Assembly: GCF_009914755.1 (NCBI RefSeq)
Contig: NC_060925.1
DNA: 64,000 bases
Strand: one strand, 5' to 3'
DNA from: the human T2T-CHM13v2.0 reference genome, Homo sapiens
Translations under genes and position numbers: made by a program
Shown here: positions 56,701 through 64,000 of the stretch, in pieces
Numbering within the stretch: the stretch's first letter is position 1
How the letters are laid out: each line of letters starts with the position of its first letter
The notes under the pieces: generated by a model
Databases searched by the model: none
The model's input: the letters and a program-made list of their open reading frames with translations, nothing else
Told to the model about the DNA's origin: nothing

Positions 56701-59700
56701 GAATCATCGCATAGAATCGAATGGAATTAACATTGAATGGACTCGAATGGAATCAACATCAAACGGAATCAAGCGGAATTATCGAATGGAATCGAAGAGA
56801 TTCATTGAATGGACTCGAATAGAATCATCTAATGGAATGGAATGGAATAATCCATGGACCCGAATGCAATCATCATCGTATAAAATCGAATGGAATCATC
56901 GAATGGACTCGAATGGAATAATCATTGAACGGAATCGAATGGAATCATCATCGGATGGAAACGAATGGAATCATCATCGAATGGAAATGAAAGGAGTCAT
57001 CATCTAATGGAATTGCATGGAATCATCATAAAATGGAATCGAATGGAATCAACATCAAATGGAATCAAATGGAATCATTGAACGGAATTGAATGGAGCCG
57101 TCATCGAATGAATTGAATGCAATCATCGAATGGTCTCGAATGGAATCATCTTCAAATGGAATGGAATGGAATCATCGCATAGAATCGAATGGAATTATCA
57201 TCGAATGGAATCGAATGGAATCAACATCCAACGGAAAAAAACGGAATTATCGAATGGAATCGAAGAGAATCATCGAATGGACCCGAATGGAATCATCTAA
57301 TGGAATGGAATGGAATAATCCATGGACTCGAATGCAATCATCATCGAATGGAATCGAATGGAATCATCGAGTGGACTCGAATGGAATAATCATTGAACGG
57401 AAACGAATGGAATCATCATCGGATGGAAATGAATGGAATCATCATCGAATGGAATCGAATAGAATTATGGAATGAAATCCAGTGTGATCATCATCGAATG
57501 GACCCGAATGGAATCATCATCCAACGGAAGCTAATGGAATCAACATCGAATGAATCGAATGGAAACACCATCGAATTGAAACGAATGGAATTATCATGAA
57601 ATTGAAATGGATGGACTCATCATCGAATGGATTCGAATGGAATCATCGAATAAAATTGATTGAAATCATCATCGAATTGAATCGAATTGTATCATTGAAT
57701 GGAATCGAATGGAATCATCATCAGATGGAAATGAATGGAATCGTCATAGAATGGAATCGAATGGATTCATTGAATGGAATCAGATGGAATCATCGAATGG
57801 ACTGGAATGGAATCATTGAATGGACTCGAAAGGGATCATGATTGAATGGAATTGAATGGAATCATCGAATGGTCTCGATTGGAATCATTATCAAATGGAA
57901 TCGAATGGAATCACCGAATAGAATCGAATGGAACAATCATCGAATGGACTCAAATGGAATTATCCTCAAATGGAATCGAATGGAATTATCGAATGCAATC
58001 GAATGGAATTATCGAATGCAATCGAATAGAATCATCGAATGGACTCGAATGGAATCATCGAATGGAATGGAATGGAACAGTCAATGAACTCGAATGGAAT
58101 CATCATTGAATGGAATCGAATGGAATCATCGAGTGGAATCGAATGGAATTATGATCAAATGGAATCGAATGTAATCATCATCAAATGGAATCAAAAATAA
58201 CCATCATCAATTGGTATTGAATGGAATTGTCATCAAATGGAATTCAAAGGAATCATCATCAAATGGAACCGAATGGAATCCTCATTGAATGGAAATGAAA
58301 GGGGTCATCATCTAATGGAATCGCATGGAATCATCATCAAATGGAATCGAATGGAATCATCATCAAATGGAATCTAATGGAATCATTGAACAGAATTGAA
58401 TGGAATCGTCATCGAATGAATTGAATGCAATCATCGAATGGTCTCGAATGGAATCATCTTCTAATGGAAAGGAATGGAATCATCGCATAGAATCGAATGG
58501 AATTATCATCGAATGGAATCGAATGGTATCAACACCAAACGGAAAAAAACGGAATTATCGAATGGAATCGAAGAGAATCTTCGAACGGACCCGAATGGAA
58601 TCATCTAATGGAATGGAATGGAATAATCCATGGACTCGAATGCAATCATCATCGAATGGAATCGAATGGAATCATCGAATGGACTCGAATGGAATAATCA
58701 TTGAACGGAATCGAATGGAATCATCATCGGATGGAAACGAATGGAATCATCATCGAGTGGAAATGAAAGGAGTCATCATCTAATGGAATTGCATGGAATC
58801 ATCATAAAATGGAATCGAATGGAATCAACATCAAATGGAATCAAATGGAATCATTGAACGGAATTGAATGGAATCGTCATCGAATTAATTGACTGCAATC
58901 ATCCAATGGTCTCGAATGGAATCATCTTCAAATGGAATGGAATGGAATCATCGCATAGAATCGAATGGAATTATCATCGAATGGAATCGAATGGAATCAA
59001 CATCAAACGGAAAAAAACGGAATTATCGAATGGAATCGAAGAGAATCATCGAATGGACCCGAATGGAATCATCTAATGGAATGGAATGGAATAATCCATG
59101 GACTCGAATGCAATCATCATTGAATGGAATCGAATGGAATCATCGAATGAACTCGAATGGAATCATCATTGAATGGAATCGAATGGAATCATCGAGTGGA
59201 ATCGAATGGAATTATGATCAAATGGAATTGAATGTAATCATCATCAAATGGAATCAAAAATAACCATCATCAATTGGTATTGAATGGAATTGTCATCAAA
59301 TGGAATTCAAAGGAATCATCATCAAATGGAACCGAATGGAATCCTCATTGAATGGAAATGAAAGGGGTCATCATCTAATGGAATCGCATGGAATCATCAT
59401 CAAATGGAATCGAATGGAATCATCATCAAATGGAATCTAATGGAATCATTGAACAGAATTGAATGGAATCGTCATCGAATGAATTGAATGCAATCATCGA
59501 ATGGTCTCGAATGGAATCATCTTCTAATGGAAAGGAATGGAATCATCGCATAGAATCGAATGGAATTATCATCGAATGGAATCGAATGGTATCAACACCA
59601 AACGGAAAAAAACGGAATTATCGAATGGAATCGAAGAGAATCTTCGAACGGACCCGAATGGAATCATCTAATGGAATGGAATGGAATAATCCATGGACTC

Positions 59701-59930
59701 GAATGCAATCATCATCGAATGGAATCGAATGGAATCATCGAATGGACTCGAATGGAATAATCATTGAACGGAATCGAATGGAATCATCATCGGATGGAAA
59801 CGAATGGAATCATCATCGAATGGAAATGAAAGGAGTCATCATCTAATGGAATTGCATGGAATCATCATAAAATGGAATCGAATGGAATCAACATCAAATG
59901 GAATCAAATGGAATCATTGAACGGAATTGA
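50701..59930 (+). repeat. Recent 4,615-bp tandem duplication (1,776+1,776+1,063), boundaries approximate
   Basis: ORF pairs 50701/55316, 51205/55820, 52009/56624, 52477/57092, 52981/57596 and 53785/58400 are all 4,615 apart with identical translations. Shared private variants include GGAGTCGTC, GGAGCCGTC, TTCGGATGG and ATTGAATCGAATTGTATC. Confidence 0.92.
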
Positions 59931-62900
59931 ATGGAATCGTCATCGAATGAATTGACTGCAATCATCCAATGGTCTCGAATGGAATCATCTTCAAATGGAA
60001 TGGAATGGAATCATCGCATAGAATCGAATGGAATTATCATCGAATGGAATCGAATGGAATCAACATCAAACGGAAAAAAACGGAATTATCGAATGGAATC
60101 GAAGAGAATCATCGAATGGCCCCGAATGGAATCATCTAATGGAATGGAATTGAATAATCGATGGACTCGAATGCAATCATCATCGAATGGAATCGAATCG
60201 AATCATCGAATGGACTCGAATGGAATAATCATTGAATGGAATCGAGTGGAATCATCATCGGATGGAAATGAATGGAATCATCATCGAATGGAATCGAATA
60301 GAATTATGGAATGAAATCCAGTGTGATCATCATCGAATGGACCCGAATGGAATCATCATCCAACGGAAGCTAATGGAATCAACATCGAATGAATCAAATG
60401 GAAACACCATCGAATTGAAACGAATGGAATTATCATGAAATTGAAATGGATGGACTCATCATCGAATGGATTCGAATGGAATCATCGAATAAAATTGATT
60501 GAAATCATCATCGAATGGAATCGAATGGTATCATTGAATGGAATCGAATGGAATCATCATCAGATGGAAATGAATGGAATCGTCATAGAATGGAATCGAA
60601 TGGATTCATTGAATGGAATCAGATGGAATCATCGAATGGACTGGAATGGAATCATTGAATGGACTCGAAAGGGATCATGATTGAATGGAATTGAATGGAA
60701 TCATCGAATGGTCTCGATTGGAATCATTATCAAATGGAATCGAATGGAATCACCGAATAGAATCGAATGGAACAATCATCGAATGGACTCAAATGGAATT
60801 ATCCTCAAATGGAATCGAATGGAATTATCGAATGCAATCGAATGGAATTATCGAATGCAATCGAATAGAATCATCGAATGGACTCGAATGGAATCATCGA
60901 ATGGAATGGAATGGAACAGTCAATGAACTCGAATGGAATCATCATTGAATGGAATCGAATGGAATCATCGAGTGGAATCGAATGGAATTATGATCAAATG
61001 GAATCGAATGTAATCATCATCAAATGGAATCAAAAATAACCATCATCAATTGGTATTGAATGGAATTGTCATCAAATGGAATTCAAAGGAATCATCATCA
61101 AATGGAACCGAATGGAATCCTCATTGAATGGAAATGAAAGGGGTCATCATCTAATGGAATCGCATGGAATCATCATCAAATGGAATCGAATGGAATCATC
61201 ATCAAATGGAATCTAATGGAATCATTGAACAGAATTGAATGGAATCGTCATCGAATGAATTGAATGCAATCATCGAATGGTCTCGAATGGAATCATCTTC
61301 TAATGGAAAGGAATGGAATCATCGCATAGAATCGAATGGAATTATCATCGAATGGAATCGAATGGTATCAACACCAAACGGAAAAAAACGGAATTATCGA
61401 ATGGAATCGAAGAGAATCTTCGAACGGACCCGAATGGAATCATCTAATGGAATGGAATGGAATAATCCATGGACTCGAATGCAATCATCATCGAATGGAA
61501 TCGAATGGAATCATCGAATGGACTCGAATGGAATAATCATTGAACGGAATCGAATGGAATCATCATCGGATGGAAACGAATGGAATCATCATCGAGTGGA
61601 AATGAAAGGAGTCATCATCTAATGGAATTGCATGGAATCATCATAAAATGGAATCGAATGGAATCAACATCAAATGGAATCAAATGGAATCATTGAACGG
61701 AATTGAATGGAATCGTCATCGAATGAATTGACTGCAATCATCCAATGGTCTCGAATGGAATCATCTTCAAATGGAATGGAATGGAATCATCGCATAGAAT
61801 CGAATGGAATTATCATCGAATGGAATCGAATGGAATCAACATCAAACGGAAAAAAACGGAATTATCGAATGGAATCGAAGAGAATCATCGAATGGACCCG
61901 AATGGAATCATCTAATGGAATGGAATGGAATAATCCATGGACTCCAATGCAATCATCATCGAATGGAATCGAATGGAATCATCGAATGAACTCGAATGGA
62001 ATCATCATTGAATGGAATCGAATGGAATCATCGAGTGGAATCGAATGGAATTATGATCAAATGGAATTGAATGTAATCATCATCAAATGGAATCAAAAAT
62101 AACCATCATCAATTGGTATTGAATGGAATTGTCATCAAATGGAATTCAAAGGAATCATCATCAAATGGAACCGAATGGAATCCTCATTGAATGGAAATGA
62201 AAGGGGTCATCATCTAATGGAATCGCATGGAATCATCATCAAATGGAATCGAATGGAATCATCATCAAATGGAATCTAATGGAATCATTGAACAGAATTG
62301 AATGGAATCGTCATCGAATGAATTGAATGCAATCATCGAATGGTCTCGAATTGAATTATCTTCTAATGGAAATGAATGGAATCATCGCATAGAATCGAAT
62401 GGAATTAACATTGAATGGACTCGAATGGAATCAACATCAAACGGAATCAAGCGGAATTATCGAATGGAATCGAAGAGATTCATCGAATGGACTCGAATGG
62501 AATCATCTAATGGAATGGAATGGAATAATCCATGGACCAGAATGCAATCATCATCGTATAAAATCGAATGGAATCATCGAATGGACTCGAATGGAATAAT
62601 CATTGAACGGAATCGAATGGAATCATCATCGGATGGAAACGAATGGAATCATCATCGAATGGAAATGAAAGGAGTCATCATCTAATGGAATTGCATGGAA
62701 TCATCATAAAATGGAATCGAATGGAATCAACATCAAATGGAATCAAATGGAATCATTGAACGGAATTGAATGGAGTCGTCATCGAATGAATTGAATGCAA
62801 TCATCGAATGGTCTCGAATGGAATCATCTTCAAATGGAATGGAATGGAATCATCGCATAGAATCGAATGGAATTATCATCGAATGGAATCGAATGGAATC

Positions 62901-64000
62901 AACCTCAAACGGAAAAAAACGGAATTATCGAATGGAATCGAAGAGAATCATCGAATGGACCCGAATGGAATCATCTAATGGAATGGAATGGAGTAATCCA
63001 TGGACTCGAATGCAATCATCATCGAATGGAATCGAATGGAATCATCGAGTGGACTCGAATGGAATAATCATTGAACGGAATCGAATGGAATCATCATCGG
63101 ATGGAAATGAATGGAATCATCATCGAATGGAATCGAATAGAATTATGGAATGAAATCCAGTGTGATCATCATCGAATGGACCCGAATGGAATCATCATCC
63201 AATGGAAGCTAATGGAATCAACATCGAATGAATCGAATGGAAACACCATCGAATTGAAACGAATGGAATTACCATGAAATTGAAATGGATGGACTCATCA
63301 TCGAATGGATTCGGATGGAATCATCGAATAAAATTGATTGAAATCATCATCGAATGGAATCGAATGGTATCATTGAATGGAATCGAATGGAATCATCATC
63401 AGATGGAAATGAATGGAATCGTCATAGAATGGAATCGAATGGATTCATTGAATGGAATCAGATGGAATCATCGAATGGACTGGAATGGAATCATTGAATG
63501 GACTCGAAAGGGATCATGATTGAATGGAATTGAATGGAATCATTGAATGGTCTCGATTGGAATCATTATCAAATGGAATCGAATGGAATCACCGAATAGA
63601 ATCGAATGGAACAATCATCGAACGGACTCAAATGGAATTATCCTTAAATGGAATCGAATGGAATTATCGAATGCAATCGAATGGAATTATCGAATGCAAT
63701 CGAATAGAATCATCGAATGGACTCGAATGGAATCATCGAATGGAATGGAATGGAACAGTCAATGAACTCGAATGGAATCATCATTGAATGGAATCGAATG
63801 GAATCATCGAGTGGAATCGAATGGAATTATGATCAAATGGAATCGAATGTAATCATCATCAAATGGAATCAAAAATAACCATCATCAATTGGTATTGAAT
63901 GGAATTGTCATCAAATGGAATTCAAAGGAATCATCATCAAATGGAACTGAATGGAATCCTCATTGAATGGAAATGAAAGGGGTCATCATCTAATGGAATC

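Larger units (their letters stand above)
1..64000 (+). repeat. Human Satellite II (HSat2) array, (GAATG)n-derived strand on +, ~1,776-bp unit, ~35 units; probably chr1q12 pericentromeric heterochromatin
   Basis: Continuous 23/26-bp monomers (ATC)1-2-ATCGAATGGAATCGAATGGA with dense TCGA. The ATCATCG spacers distinguish it from pure (GGAAT)n HSat3. Once-per-unit landmarks (CCAGTGTGATC, CAACGGAAGCT, GAAAGGGGTC, CAAAAATAACC, GAATTCAAAGG) recur every 1,776 bp. A 1.77-kb EcoRI unit is the established chr1 pUC1.77/D1Z1 repeat. Confidence 0.97.

Noticed and set aside
156-63787. Hundreds of + strand ORFs of 60-163 aa (MESSSNEL..., MKLKWMD..., MELNGIIEW...)
   Set aside because: They are low-complexity translations of GAATG/ATC monomers (NGIEWNHRMES), overlap in several frames, recur with the unit and are freely broken by SNPs and indels. 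There is no domain-like sequence.
1-64000. CRISPR-like repeat/spacer array or a novel encoded system
   Set aside because: There are no unique spacers, cas genes or any non-satellite sequence; the intervening sequence is itself diverged monomer.
1-64000. Inversion or embedded L1/Alu/ERV insertion
   Set aside because: The GAATG strand polarity is constant throughout, and all unit-length changes are accounted for by satellite-internal events.
1-64000. HSat3 or alpha satellite
   Set aside because: It lacks long pure (GGAAT)n tracts and 171-bp monomers; ATCATCGAATGG-type monomers indicate HSat2.

Overview
The whole 64 kb window is one uninterrupted, single-orientation array of human Satellite II (HSat2; GAATG/CATTC-derived 23- and 26-bp monomers such as ATCATCGAATGGAATCGAATGGAATC). 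It is organised in a ~1,776-bp unit with usually one EcoRI site per unit, which matches the classical 1.77-kb HSat2 unit of chromosome 1q12 heterochromatin (chromosome assignment is inferred from unit length). I see no genes, RNA genes, transposons or CRISPR arrays. All listed ORFs are chance translations of the satellite, and I found no new protein-coding system. The informative signal is array architecture. Spacing of a once-per-unit landmark (ATGAAATTGAAATGGATGGAC at 156, 1933, 3709...) reads 1777,1776,1776,1777,1777,1776,1776,1776,1923,1308,2391,1776,1308,1285,1776,1604,1285,1776,1776,1926,1776,1285,1776,1923,1776,1777,1776,1776,2839,1776,2839,1776,2839,2839. Every deviation is explained by a small set of events: +/-468, +147, -23, -172, +618, -713 and +1 bp. 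There are also recent tandem duplications of 4,665 and 4,615 bp, a length-neutral 26-bp register shift, and long-range reuse of haplotype blocks. All comparisons were made by eye.
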